Assembly: GCA_030264375.1 (NCBI GenBank)
Contig: JASCQW010000122.1
Span: 47,111,408 to 47,175,407, forward strand
Direction: 5' to 3'
Origin: Carcharhinus longimanus
Taxonomy: Eukaryota
DNA: 64,000 nucleotides
Below are positions 35,516-48,100 of the stretch, piece by piece. A program made the position numbers and the translations under genes. Each line of letters opens with the position of its first letter. Positions within the stretch are counted from its first letter, which is position 1. A model generated the notes under the pieces. That model saw only the letters and a list, made by a program, of their open reading frames with translations, was not told the origin of the DNA and searched no databases.

Positions 35516-36077
35516 GTTAAGAAAGCCCACCAATGCCTCTACTTTCTCAGAAGACGAAGGAAATTTGGCATGTCAGCTATGACTCTCACCAACTTTTCAC
35601 ATGCACCGTAGGAAGCATTCTTTCTGGTTGTACCACAGCTTGGTATGGCTCCTGCTCTGCCCAAGACCGCAAGAAGCTACAAAAGGTCATGAATGTAGCC
35701 CAATCCATCACACAAACCAGCCTCCCATCCATTGATTCTGTCTGCACTTCCTGTTGCCTCGGCAAAGCAGCCAACATAACTAAGGACCCCACACACCCTG
35801 GACATTCTCTGTTTCACCTTCTTCCTTCGGAAAAAAGATACAAAAATCTGAGGTCACGTACCAATCGACTCTTCTTCCCTGCTGCTGTCAGACTTTTGAA
35901 TGGACTTATCTTGCAATAAGTTGATCTTTCTCTCCACCCTAGCTATAACTGCAACACTACATTCTGTACTCTCTTGTTTCCTTCATTATGAATGGTATGT
36001 TTTGTCTGTATAGCACATAAGAAACAATACTTTTCACTGTACTTTAATACATGCGACAATAATAAATCAAATCAAAT
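35516..36077 (+). mobile_element. Rex1/Babar-clade LINE 3' end
   Basis: CTVGSILSGCTTAWYGSCSAQDRKKLQKVMNVAQSIT..LPSI..KAANITKDPTHPGHSLFHLLPS.KRY..FFPAAVRLLN, then a 3' UTR ending TTTTCACTGTA..GCGACAATAATAAATCAAATCAAAT. Confidence 0.88.
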
Positions 36078-36924
36078 TTCACGGCCTGGAAAATCTACCA
36101 GCGGGAGGGGCTATAAAATCCCGCCCATCCTTTTTTGCAGGACACCTTCATTCCCTCATTAATTAGAAAGTGAGTAGACTCCTGGTTATCTGACTAGATA
36201 CCGCGTGGTAGTGAATCAAACAACCTTGGTTCCCCATCGGCAATAAGCAAAGTGAAAACTTTTTACTGCACACCTGATTTCTTTCCAGGGTGCTAGTAGC
36301 AGTAGTAGGATACTGGAAATAATCAGAGTGTTAATAACCCAATTCTTAATAGATAACATTTCCATATGGATTGGAAGACTGTTGTATGTTATACATAGGA
36401 ATTCTCAGGAGAGTTTTGCAAGATCAGGCTGCCACTAGGTTTGGTGGAACTCCGTTTTCTTATATAGCAATAGCATTTAATAAGAGTCAGGAAGGGGAAT
36501 GGCAAGGCGAAGACCGAGAACCTGGACAGGGAGTTGAAAGAGGACTAGAAGGTTATCAGCGTTAAATGATAGGTTGGGGATATGAGAAGGGGATACTAGT
36601 GAGATACCAGATGGAAAGGGTAAACAGATTGGGGGAAAGGGGACGAACACAAAAGAATATTGGTGTGAATTAATTGGAGCAGGGAGAAGTGTGCCAAAAT
36701 GAACTGGACTGACAAAATAAAGAGAGGAAGAGTGCCTGTGTGAACTAAAGGTAGAAAATACTGCCAGCTTGAACTGATAGAGAAAGGGGGAGGACAGGTG
36801 AAGGTGTGCAGTCGATCAGCATGAACTACTACGAGGCGAGGAGATAAATAGATGCAATGAGCACATCTATATCACTGTGACAACCATACACAATGAGGTT
36901 TAATTACAAAGAGATTTACTTTCT

Positions 36925-37175
36925 CTTGTTCTTTTCACAGGACATGGATGTTGTTGTCTCGGCCACTTCTAAATGCCCTTGAGAAGGTGGTGGTGAGCCA
37001 CTTTCTTGAACCACTGCAGTCTATGTGGAGTAGTTACTCCCACAGTGCTGATAGGGAGGGAGTTTCAGGATTTTGACCCAGTGATAGTGAAAGAACTAAT
37101 TTATTTCCAAGTTATGATGTGTGGCTTGGAGAGGAAATTACAGGTGGTGGCGTTCCCATGGATCTGTTGCCCATG
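36925..37175 (-). mobile_element. 3' end of the second CR1-group LINE family
   Basis: GCCCTTGAGAAGGTGGTGGTGAGCC..CTTGAACCACTGCAGTC motif, shared with the copies at ~14140 and ~38330. Confidence 0.65.
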
Positions 37176-37415
37176 GAACAGATGGAACAAAGGGGCCTTG
37201 ACATACTTGCCCGTAGATTCCTGGAGACAGAAGGGCATTTTTTTTTTCTCGTGCCCCTAACCCTATAAATTAGTGCAGAGAGGATACCCGATTCTCTACA
37301 CTGGTAGAGAATCCCNNNNNNNNNNNNNNNNNNNNNNNNNNNNNNNNNNNNNNNNNNNNNNNNNNNNNNNNNNNNNNNNNNNNNNNNNNNNNNNNNNNNN
37401 NNNNNNNNNNNNNNN

Positions 37416-38046
37416 GGACGAAAAGGGATTGGTATAGGCTAGGGGGTCATTGTTTTTGTTACTGGTCGGCACAACATCGTGGGCCGAAGGGCCTGTTCTG
37501 CGCTGTAATGTTCTATGTTCTATGTTAGTGACGTGGTGAAAAAGGCATATGGAACATTTGTCTCTGTAAATCAAGGCAGGGATTACAAAAGCAGGGATTT
37601 TGGAGTTGTATAGACCTTTGGTGAGGTCACAGCTGGAGTAGTGCGTGCAGTTCTGGTCGACACATTCTAGGAAGGATGTGATTGTACTGGAGAGGGTGCA
37701 GAGGAGATTCAACAGGAAATGATGGGTCTGCAACATTTAAGTTATGAAGAGAGGTTGCGTAGACTTGGCTTGCTTTTGGTGGAGCAGAGAAGACTGCTCA
37801 GACCTCATCTGGGTTTACAAGGTTACAAGGGGCATTCCACAAGGGGTGGAATGTGCTGCCGGGGAGACTGTAGAGGCGGGTTGCCTCACATTCATTAAAA
37901 AGTATCTGGATGAGCACTTGGCACGTCATAACATTCCAGGCTACAGACCAAGTGCTGGTAAATGGGATTAGATAGGAGGTCAGGTGTTTCTCACATGTCG
38001 GTGCAAACTTGATAGGCCAAAGGGCCTTTCTGCACTGTATGATTCT
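37416..38046 (+). mobile_element. Two CR1/HER1-type 3' fragments
   Basis: Tail GGGCCGAAGGGCCTGTTCTGCGCTGTAATGTTCTATG, then ELYRPLVRSQLE.CVQFWS.HSRKDVIVLERVQRRF to tail TGCACTGTATGATTCTA. Confidence 0.85.
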
Positions 38047-39149
38047 AGGTGATAGATGTTGTGGGTTTGAAAGATGCTTTCATAGGAGCACACACAGATG
38101 CACAATAGTTCAGGACTTCAGGTGTTCAAAAAGAAAAAATTTCCATAAATTATAACATAAGTGATAAAATGCTTGAGTTTGCCATCAGCTTAAGTTATAA
38201 CAAGCTGATCTTCCCACTTAAACTCATATTCAGGACTGTTCTTAAGTTGTAAGCTTCCTTTCATGAGGCTTTTGCTGGTTATCCAAGTTGGCAGATACAC
38301 ACTCAGTCACCTCTTCACAATGTATATTTCTTTTGTTACCCATCCTTAATTGCCCTTTCAGAAGGTGGTGGTGCACAACTTTCTTGAACTGCTGCAGCCT
38401 ATGTAGCATAGGTACAACAATAGTGTTGTTAGGGAAAGAGTTCCGGGTTTTGACCTAACAACGATGAAGGAACCTCATTGTTACTCTTTCCTACAACTGT
38501 ACATGAATACAAGTTAATAAATACTTGACAAGTTAATGAATACCAACCAATTCATAATTTCATTAAAATCAGCATACAAGCAGAAAATGAAAACAGGCCT
38601 TCCACAATCTATTTTATTTTCAAGGTCACAATAGTTTTTGAACAAAATGACTCTGACAGTGTCAATCTTGTTCCCTATGGACATATGCATTGTGTATAAA
38701 TGTCTTCAATATCCAACACAATGCCAGTTTCAATCAAAGAATGGCAGAAAGTTTAACAGTGGATTACAGTAGTAAGGGAAGACCTATTCAGATTCTGAAG
38801 ACAATGGAGCAGGAGTGTCACATTGCAATGAAATTGCACTGTAAATGGAATTGAGAAATTCCACTTGTCAACCTACCCACAGCAAATCATTTTCTAAATG
38901 GGAAACTGTGAAACAATGCAAGCCATCAGCTTGTTTGCATCAATTGCCTTTACCTTTCCATCTATGTTGCATGAATCTCTTTCTCTCTGTGCTATCCTCT
39001 TCACTGTTGCAGGATTTCAGATAATGGATTTGTGATCCGTGAACTATTTTCATACATAAGCTAGATTGCCACAATTGTGTAATGTTGCTTAGTCAGAGCT
39101 TCAGATAAGATATTAAATCGATCTGTCCCTTCAGATTACATTATTCAAA

Positions 39150-39358
39150 GAAAAGCTGGGAGCTGAATGTGTGTCCAGGTCAACAGTTCTCCCTCAACCA
39201 ATATCCTGAAAAGAGACTAAATGACTAATCTTTTCTACTGAGGAGCCATGTTACTTACATACCGGCTTGTCAGCCAGCATGATAACAGTCATTACGCTTC
39301 CAAAATAATCGGGTGACCACGAAGAGCTTTCAAGATATCCAAAAGATGTGAAAAATCA
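39150..39358 (+). mobile_element. Very old Deu-domain (SacSINE1-like) SINE remnant
   Basis: TGTCCAGGTCAACAGTTCTCCCTCAACCAA .. ATAACAGTCATTACGCTTCCAAAATAA resembles the Deu-domain and tail. Confidence 0.4.
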
Positions 39359-40038
39359 AAGACTACATTCTAGCACACTGCCCATGTTCACCTTGGTGAA
39401 CCAGCATGAACTAAATCAAGCAGATCGCATAAACTGCATGAAGGCATCTTACCAGCCAAAACTCTCACTGTCAGGAGGCAAAATGTGCCATTATTCCTGT
39501 TCTTTCCTCTCCGGTGAAGGCAGACAAGCTCCTGATCCCCATTCAAGATGGCCACCATCCAACTACCACCCACGATCGGGAATCAAACCCTGAGTATCTT
39601 AATTAATATGTTAATATTTCAGAATTTTAGCAAATGTAGGTTTTGAGATCTGGTCTGGTATTAATGACTGAACTGAATCTTGCAAGATCCCTGATTTTAA
39701 CTGGTGACTACGAGAAATGTTTGGTGTTTAACTGGTTTATCACTTGAACAATTGTCAATAAAGTTGTGAGATAATGTGCTACCTGCCACAATTTATTGAC
39801 TTTTCTCACTATATTGATTTTAAGATGGAGTCATCAGTATTTTCCTTTCACCAAGGAGCAAGAATGAATCGTACTGATGTGTTTAATGACAGTAACTTAT
39901 TTAAATGAGTGCTTTTAGTAAGGTGCAATAATTTTTACTTCCTTATTGCTGGGAACATTTTTCCAGAGTTTTCTGATTCTGTGATACAGCCAGTGCTACA
40001 TACATTATCCATTGGCTGCATACATTAAAAGTAGACCT

Positions 40039-40432
40039 GGGGCGGCAAGGTGGCACACTGGTTAGCACTGCTGCCTCACAGCATCAGGCACTCGGGTTCA
40101 AATGCAGATGAGTGACTGTCAGTGTGGAATTTGCACATTCTCCCTGTATCTGCGTGGGTTTCCTCCAGGTGCTCTGGTCTCCTTCCACAGCCCAAATATG
40201 TGCAGCTCAGGTGGATTGGCTGTGCTAAATTGCCCTTAGTGCCAGGAGGACTAGCAGGGTAAATATGTGGGGTTATGGAAATATTTATCCTGCTAGTCCC
40301 ACTGACACTAAGGGCAATTTAGCATGGCCAATGTGAGGTTACAGAAGTTAGGCCTGGGCAGGATTGTTATTAGTGCAGGATTGATGGGCTGAATGGCCTC
40401 CTCCTGCATTGTAGGGATTCTACGATATCATG
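40039..40432 (+). mobile_element. HE1-type V-SINE with an internal inverted duplication
   Basis: Full HE1 structure. 40281-40332 is the reverse complement of 40215-40266. Confidence 0.9.
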
Positions 40433-40442
40433 AGTGATAGTT

Positions 40443-40761
40443 GGGGTGGCACGGTGGCACAGTGGTTAGCACTGCTGCCTCACAGCGCCAAGGACTGGGT
40501 TTGATTCCCAGCTTGGGTCACTGTCTGTGTGGAATTTGAACATTCTCCCCGTGTCTGCGTGGGTTTCCTCCAGGCCCTCTGGTTTCCTCCCACAGTCGAA
40601 AATGTGTGGCTTAGGTTGATTGGTCATGCTAAATTGACCCTAGTGTTGGGACATGAGCAGAGTAAATGTGTGGGGTTATGGGAATATGGCCTGGTGGGAT
40701 TGTAGTCGGTACAGACTTGATGGGCCAAATGGCCTCCTTCTGTCCTGTGGGGATTCTATGA
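40443..40761 (+). mobile_element. HE1-type V-SINE, full length (tandem with the previous copy)
   Basis: Head, V-domain and GGGATTCTATGA tail. Confidence 0.93.
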
Positions 40762-41184
40762 TAACACACTTAAATGTGGGGGGAGGGGGGAATTGTAGCT
40801 GCAAGAAATGATGGAAGTCATTTGAAAATCAGTTTTGTGCTCTGGTACTTTGATCAGGCAAGCGAGCACACCTCGCGGTTTTCCAACACTACACTGAAGG
40901 TTTTGCTGGGATAAAGAGGTTGGGGTGGAATATCCTACGTTTGCACAGGGGCAGAAGCAATGTTTCCTATAAATTGTGCAGCTCAACCCAAAAGTCCACA
41001 GGCCACACACACGTCTGCCACTTTTAAAATTACCACTTGTGCACAGCCACACATTCCAAATCAAAAACATTAGCCGGCCCATTGAGCAGGGAGTCCACCA
41101 GACCTGGCAATCAGAGGTCAATGCCAGCAGCACCGCTCCAAGAATTTTTAGATGATGCTGTAAGAATTTTAACTATCTCACACA

Positions 41185-41770
41185 GGTATTATATCTTAGT
41201 TCGACCACACTTGGAGTANNNCAGTTTTGATCTTCATTGCATAGAAAGGATATCATTGTGAATGACATCAGTGTATAAAAGGGGGGCACTGGAGAGAGTG
41301 CAATAGAGGTTTAGAAAGATTATATGCAAACAGCAAAGTTATACCTACCAGGAAAGGGCAAACAGGTGGCTTTCTTTTCACTTGAAAAGGGAAGGCTGAG
41401 AGGTGACCTAATAGCTCTCTTTAAAATGACAGAAAGTATCACGGGTAGACACAGAGTGAGTGTTTCATTTGTGCGAAGGAACAAAGCTAAAGGTTATCAA
41501 GATAAGACAGTGAACAAGAACTAAATCACAAATCCACTCGCAATTTCTTTACCCAGAAAACAATGAGAAAGTGAAACTCTCAACAACAGGGAGTGGTTGA
41601 GGTGAATCATGTGGATGCATTTAAAGAGATGCAAGATACAATTAATGGAGAAGAGAATAGGAGGGTTGTTTTGATAGAATTAGACAGGTGGGATGGGAGA
41701 AAGCTTGGGTGCAAAGTGAAAGTCGACGTGGAGGCCAAACTGCCCATTTCCATGTTGTGCATTCTATGTT
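41185..41770 (+). mobile_element. Old CR1 3' fragment
   Basis: LVRPHLE, ALERVQ.RF, FSLEKGRLRGDLIALFKM. Confidence 0.75.
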
Positions 41771-42774
41771 TCCTGTTTAAGTGTGTTCACCTTCAAATGG
41801 TGCATTCAAACTGCACAACTGGCTTCATCCACTACCCAATTCACTTCACCTCAAATCTCTAAGAGTCAGTACTCAATCCTAAAATCCATATACTTTACCA
41901 CACTCTCATATACTTCGAACTGTTACAATCCTCACATCTCAGTGTCCAAAAGGATTGCTGAGGAACTTCCCCAGAGGGATGGCACAGGTTCCATGGAGCA
42001 TGAACCTCCTTTACTCTGAGGATGACACCATTTGATCTCCTACTTTTGCTACTCCCCCAGTGCCCTTAACTGTTAGCAATGCAAACCCAAACAGTTACCA
42101 TCCATGATGAGAAGCTGCAAATGCAAGAAAACCTTAATCTCGGCCCAACGTAGCTTGAAGTCATTAGCCAAGGTCATTTACAGTCTCCCCAAATGAAGGC
42201 CAGCAACCCTCCCCACCATGCAGCAACGACTGGGAAAGCACCTCCAAAAGGACTAGGACAGGCAAAGAAACTTGGATGCGAGACAAGGAAAGCACAAGGG
42301 TGAATAGTTTAACTTTATGGTGATAGGTCATGACTGAGTTTATAAACTGGATTGATTTCAGATAGATTTAAGCATGTATTGTTGGGTAGAGCTTAACATG
42401 GTGGTCAGAGATAGAGGAAAGGTGAGGCATGGGAATGAGGAAGTGTAGTTGAGTTTACTGGTATTGCATATTGATTATTTCACCTCAGTAAAAGCAGCTT
42501 TCTATTTTAAAAATTCTCTTCCCCTTCATGGTCATTCACTTGCTCCTGCTCCTTAGATTCTCACCTGATTGGTGATGACAAAGGCTGTCCCCTTATAATT
42601 TCCTGATTGTACTACAGAATGAGCAATCATGACTACCGCCAGACATTCACTGGCATGATGCACTGCCTATGGTCACGCACATTTGAGTGAGTGGAATTGT
42701 GATTGGTTCATGAAAAGATGGTGCCTGTGTGCACGCACACTCAGAGGTCAAGCTACAAATCAGTGTCATTGGCA

Positions 42775-43748
42775 TTAACCGAGGCATATAAGAGAATGGG
42801 CCTTGGAATAAACATCTAGAAAACAAAGGTTCTCCACCAGCCAGCTCCTGCCACACAAAACTGTCCCCTGACCATCAAGATCAATGGTGAGTCCTTGGAT
42901 AATGTGGATCATTTCCATACCTGGGAAGCCTCCTCTTGGCACGAGCAGAAATTGACAATGAAATCCAGCACTGACTCCAATGCGCCAGTGCAATCTTTGG
43001 ATGCCTGAGAAACAGAACGTTCAAAGTCCCAGACCTCAAATCCAGCACCAAGCTCATGGTCTACAGAGTTGCTGTGGTTCCACTTCCCTGTGTGCATCAG
43101 AAACATGGACAATGAACAACCGGCACCTCAGATCTCTGGAGAGATATCACCAACGTTGCCTCTGCAAAATCCTGCAAATCCACTGGCAGGATAGGCATAC
43201 CAATGTGAGAGTCCCCTCCCAGGCCAATATCCCCAGTTTCGAGGCATTGGTCACACTCGACCTGCTATGATGGGTGGGCCACATTGTCCCAGTGCCCGAC
43301 ACAAGGCTCCCGAAATAAGTGCTCTATTCCGACCTCCGCAATGTCAAGTGATCACAAGGAGGGCAGAGAAAATGCTACAATGAAACTCTGAAAACCTCCC
43401 TAAATAAATGCAACATTCCCATCGGCATATAGGAGTCACTTGCCTTAGAACGCATAAATTGGAGAAGAAGCATCTGTGAAGGCAGCAATTACTTAGAGCA
43501 GTCACTGGGTAGAGCAGTCAAAGGCCATGTGTAAACAGCAGAAAGAGAGCACAGAATCCAGAGCGTCCCACCCATCTACTTCATCAAACACCCCCTGCCA
43601 AACCTGTGGCAGAGTCTCCGGCTCCGGGAATGGACTACTCAAACACCGCAGAACCCATCTCCCCGCTGCCCTACCCCCCGCCCCCACCCCAACCCCGGAA
43701 TGGAAGCAAGTCATCCTGGACCCTGAGGGACTGCCAAAGAAGAAGAAA
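42775..43748 (+). mobile_element. RTE-clade (BovB-like) LINE 3' end
   Basis: EAYKRMGL.IN..KTKVL, INGESLDNVDHF, STKLMVYR, SETWT...RHLRSLERYHQRCLCKILQI.WQD, C-terminal CQTCGR..GL..H.RTH and a (GAA)n tail. Confidence 0.92.
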
Positions 43749-44314
43749 CATACTAGCGGGAGGGGTGGCTTCGTACGTCCAGCCTACTGGTGGGTGAACT
43801 GAGATCTGTAAATTGGCAATTAAGGCACACTTAAGGGTCTCACCCCACCGCCACTGGGACTTAACCAGTTGTGGGAGAGTGCCGTGCCAAGCAACCAACC
43901 TTGCACTGGTTGGTGAGGGGCAGAGGCCCCCTTCTTAACAGGTCCCTGGACTCATCGGAGGCTCTGTCAAGTTGTTAGCCCTCCATACATAGCCTCATAA
44001 ACATCAGCCCCTGACCCCTTCAAACTCCTTGCCAGGACCTGCCATCTCGTCATCTGGCAAATCCCCCAAATATTGACCCAAATCCTGACCCAAACCCTAC
44101 ACCTCTGTCCCAAAGAGTTGCCAGACTCTGGCTGACTGTTCTTTGAGGTGGGACCTCCTGGTCCAGAGGGGAAGAAAGTCCTGCCTGCATCCTATTAATT
44201 GCCAGTTGACCGTTCAGTAGCTGTGGGGTATCTTGTGTTCCTCTCAGCAGGCTCCCCCCACTTTTCAGCCAGTGGGGTGGGGCAGGGAATCCTACACCTG
44301 GTATAATCCAGCCC

Positions 44315-44560
44315 CCATCTGCTCTGTCAAGTGAACAGTAAAGACCCCATTGTGTTCTTCAAAGAAGAGCAAAAGATTCTCCCTGATGTTCTAGCCAACT
44401 CCTACTCCTAAATCAGATTATGTCGCTGTCTCTATCTCCAAGACCTTATTGGGTACACATTGGCTGCCATGTTTCTCTGACTTAACAACGGTGATTTACC
44501 TCATTGACTGTAATCACTTTAGGGTGTATTTCAGTCATGATAGTTATGATGCAAATAAGC
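44315..44560 (+). mobile_element. Deu-domain (SacSINE1-like) SINE remnant
   Basis: TCTGCTCTGTCAAGTGAACAGTAAAGACCCCAT..GAAGAGCA..TTCTCCCTGATGTTCTAGCCAAC..ATTGGCTGCCATGTTTC. Confidence 0.6.
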
Positions 44561-44753
44561 CCCTTCCTTATTCCATCTCCTTTCTTAACCATTCCCTCAT
44601 AGCCTGAGTCTCCACAATTTTGAATTTAATTAAAAGACTTTCATGTGGCACTATGTCAAAAGTCTTCTCAAAGTTTTTTTTAGAAATTAGGTCTTAAGGC
44701 AAAAAGTGAACAGGTTAAACATTGAAAGGGAAAGAATAGTCTAGCCTTCCTCT

Positions 44754-45060
44754 GGGGAGGCCTAGTAATATTATCACTAGATTATTAATCTAGAAACTCA
44801 GATAAACTCAGGGACCCAGGTTCGAATCCCACGATGGCGGATAGAATTAAGAATCTGCTGATGACTATGAAACCATTGTTGATTGTTGGAAAAACCCACC
44901 TGGTTCACTAATGTACTTTAGGGAAGGAAATCTGCCAACCTTACCCGGTCTGGCCTACATGTGACTGCAGAGCCACAGCAATGTGATTGACTCTCAACTG
45001 CCCTCGGGCAACTAGGGGTGGGCAATAAATGCTGGCCAGCCCATGAATGAATAAAAAAAA
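44754..45060 (+). mobile_element. tRNA-derived SINE (second family) with LINE-derived tail
   Basis: B-box GGTTCGAATCCC, core AAACCCACCTGGTTCACTAATGTACTTTAGGGAAGGAAATCTGCC, and tail GGGCAATAAATGCTGGCC..CCATGAATGAATAAAAAAAA. Confidence 0.8.
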
Positions 45061-45174
45061 TGTAGAGGGTAATGGGGAAAGAGTGCTGGAAGAAAAAGAC
45101 ACTAAAGGTATATGAGAGCAGGATTGGTATATGTAATTGGGACGCTGTCCATATGCAGGACGTACATCAACATG

Positions 45175-45410
45175 GACTGAAATAAAAGCAAAACATGTTG
45201 GAAAAACTTAGCAGTGTCTGTGTAGAGAAAAATATGGGGTTCTCTCTGTTTCAGCAGAGCTGCCAGAACTGGAGAGTATTTCCAGACCTGCTGAGATTTT
45301 CCAGCACTTTCTCTTCTGGTTTCAGATTCCAGCATCCGCAGTAATTTGCTTTTATTTCCAGCATCTTCTGTTTTTAGTTTAGGTTTTCAGCAGCCACAGT
45401 ATTTTGAATT
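45175..45410. mobile_element. Nested and inverted cluster of Penelope-type short repeats
   Basis: A minus-strand body, followed by plus-strand CCTGCTGAGATTTTCCAGCAC..TCAGATTCCAGCATCCGCAGT nested in an older copy. Confidence 0.55.
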
Positions 45411-46124
45411 TATTTTACTGACGTGGGCTATTTGGGCTTAATGACCAATTTCCGTGTTGCCATTTCTGTGAATTCGGTGCAAGGGAAAAAGATATTATCT
45501 GACTCATGTTCAGAACTCATTCCCCTTTCACACGGCTTCCCAATCCCACAGCTGCGGGCTCTTAATGAAAGAATGAAATTTTGCAGCTTGGCAATCAAGT
45601 ATGAAATTAGTTGAAAATACTATCCATTCCCTTCCCCCAGCCCCAAAAAGGAATTGTGCGGCAACCAATTTTTGAATGATGCTTTTTGGGTCTCTGATTT
45701 CCATTGTCAATTATAGAAGCTGAGCCAAAACAAATGTTACAATGCGTAAGCTGACTAAACATGGGAGGGAGAGGCAATGCATACCACCGTAGCATGATGA
45801 GTCAACAGATTCTCACAGTAACTGATTCCAAGATTTACACTGCTATTTGAATAGGATTGTTCCTGATCCAGTTTTCACCAGGGTTTCAGAAAGCAAACCC
45901 ACATCTCCCGTCCCTATCCCAAAGAATTGATTCCAAACGTTGCAAATGGTGCTCACTTGTCAATGGACATCAGGCTGACTGCCCAAATGCTTAACAAAAG
46001 TAGTCCTCCAGGCACTTAATTCAGTATAAGTACACCCTTAAATATTTTTGAATGCTCTTTAAATTCAGGGGATTCAAGTTCCGTGAGGCAGTTTAGGGTT
46101 GGGGGGTGCCTGATTGCATAGGTA

Positions 46125-46520
46125 AGTACTACACTCGTTGGAGTTTAGAAGAATGAAAGGTGGTCTAGTTGAAACGGGTAACATTCTGAGGGGGCTTGGC
46201 AGGGCAGATGCTAACTGAATGTTTCTCCTCGTGGGGGAATGTAGAACTAAGTCTAAAATAAGGAATCCTTCATTTAAGAGAGAAAGGAATCTCTTCTCTC
46301 AGAGAGTTTTAGTCTTTGGGATTCTGTGTCCCAGAGAAAAGTGAAAGCCAAGTCATTGAGTATAGTCAAGGCTGAGTTAGAGAGATTGTTGATTCAAGAA
46401 GGAGTCAAGGAAAGTGTTATTGAATCAGCCATGGTCACTCCATTGGATCAGCCATGATTGCATTGAATGACACAGCAGTCTCAAGGAGACCAATGGCCTA
46501 CGTCTATTTCTTATGATCTT
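46125..46520 (+). mobile_element. CR1 3' fragment with tail
   Basis: SLEFRRMKGGLVET..IL.GL and the CR1 3' UTR ending TTTCTTATGATCTTATG. Confidence 0.8.
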
Positions 46521-46664
46521 ATGGAAGCATGCTGGATCCAATAAGTGAATACAGGCATTCACCTCCCTGAACCCACCACTCTGGCTTCTTCCAACAGCTT
46601 GGTCACCTGCCTTCATTAAAGGCAGAAGTGGTGGAGGTGGAGGTTCCACAGACTCAGGAATCTG

Positions 46665-46802
46665 GGACGGGATTCTCCGGCTGCGTAAGCCCCAAGACTG
46701 GAACTTCCCGCCTGCGCTCAGCGGACTTTCTAAGTGGCCTGTTGAATTTTCTGTCTCGCCAGCTATGATTCCCGCGGCAGGCAAGATGGGAGAATTTCGG
46801 CA
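46665..46802. mobile_element. Short palindromic MITE-like element
   Basis: Inverted ends GGACGGGATTCTCC ... GGAGAATTTCGGC. Confidence 0.55.
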
Positions 46803-47263
46803 CTGATTTCTAACATTGTTACCTGCCCCAATACCCTGTTACACTATCCCCCAGGAGACACAAGCACACCCATTATTTAATTAAAACTCCCCCCTTTAAA
46901 CCCCTCAAAAACGAGTAGCAAATATTAGCTTCCACATCATATTGGCTCCAGGATAACCCCACTCCAATACATTGTAAAAAATTCCTCAAATTTGTAAACT
47001 ATTTTTACCTGCTAGGACAGAGTGAATGCTCATACCATTTACTTCTGATATGATCAACCAGTTACTGCAGAGTAAATAGCTATTATCCTCTGCATTGGTA
47101 GTGTGGTTGAAAGTTGTCTGCAGTGTAAGACATGTGAAACTGGAGATCCCCTCATTCCGGTTGTAAGACCTGTCTTATCATGTGATAGGTGTTAACAAGG
47201 TTAAGTAATATTGCCACTAGTCAGTGAATGTGTATCTAGGGGGCATGCTGGAAAAGGCAAGCT

Positions 47264-47457
47264 AAATTTAAGTTTATATGTTAGTGTCACAAGTAGGCTT
47301 AAATTAATGCTTCAATGAAGTTACTGTGAAAATCCCCTAGTCGCCACACTCCTGTGCCTGTTCAGGTACTCCAAGGGAGAATTTAGCACGGCCAATGCAC
47401 CCTAACCAGCGCGTCTTTCAGACTGTGGGAGGAAACCGGAGCACCCGGAGGAAACCC
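47264..47457 (-). mobile_element. V-SINE, alternative-tail subfamily (cut by gap)
   Basis: Reverse strand V-domain plus TTTTCACAGTAACTTCATTG..AAGCCTACTTGTGACACTAA tail. Confidence 0.88.
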
Positions 47458-47557
47458 NNNNNNNNNNNNNNNNNNNNNNNNNNNNNNNNNNNNNNNNNNN
47501 NNNNNNNNNNNNNNNNNNNNNNNNNNNNNNNNNNNNNNNNNNNNNNNNNNNNNNNNN

Positions 47558-48100
47558 CCTCTGCAAAATCCTGCAAATCCACTGGCAGGATAGGCATACC
47601 AAAATGAGGGTCCTGTGCCAGGTCAAAATCCCCAGTATCAAGGCAGTGGCAATGCTCAACTAGCAGTGGTGGGCAAGCCACACTGTCCACACGTCCAGCA
47701 CAAGACTCTCAAAACAAGTGCTCTACTCCAAGCTCCGCACTGGCAAGCGATCACTAGGAGGGCAGAGGAAATGCTACAAGGACATTCTGAAACCCTCTCT
47801 AAATAAGTGCAACATGCCCATTGACACTCGGGAATCTCTCACCTTAGAACGCGCAAACTGGAGAAGAAGCATCTGTGAAGATCTCAATCACCTCAAAAGT
47901 CACCAGGTGGAGCACGTGAAGGCCAAATGTAAACAGCAGAGACTGAGTGCAGAAACCAGAGCTCTCACCCACCCACCTCATCAAACACAGTTGTCAAATT
48001 TGTGACAGGGTTTGCGGCTCTAGGATTGGACTATTCAACCACCGCAGAACCCACTGGAAGTGGAAGCAAGTGATTTTTGACTCTCAGGGACTGACAAAGC
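47558..48100 (+). mobile_element. RTE-clade LINE 3' end, second copy
   Basis: Collinear with 43159-43740; LYSKLRTGKRSLGGQRKCYKDILKPSL..CN. Confidence 0.9.

Noticed and set aside
35533-35919. 128-aa ORF as a host gene
   Set aside because: It is the frameshifted C-terminus of a Rex1/Babar LINE ORF.
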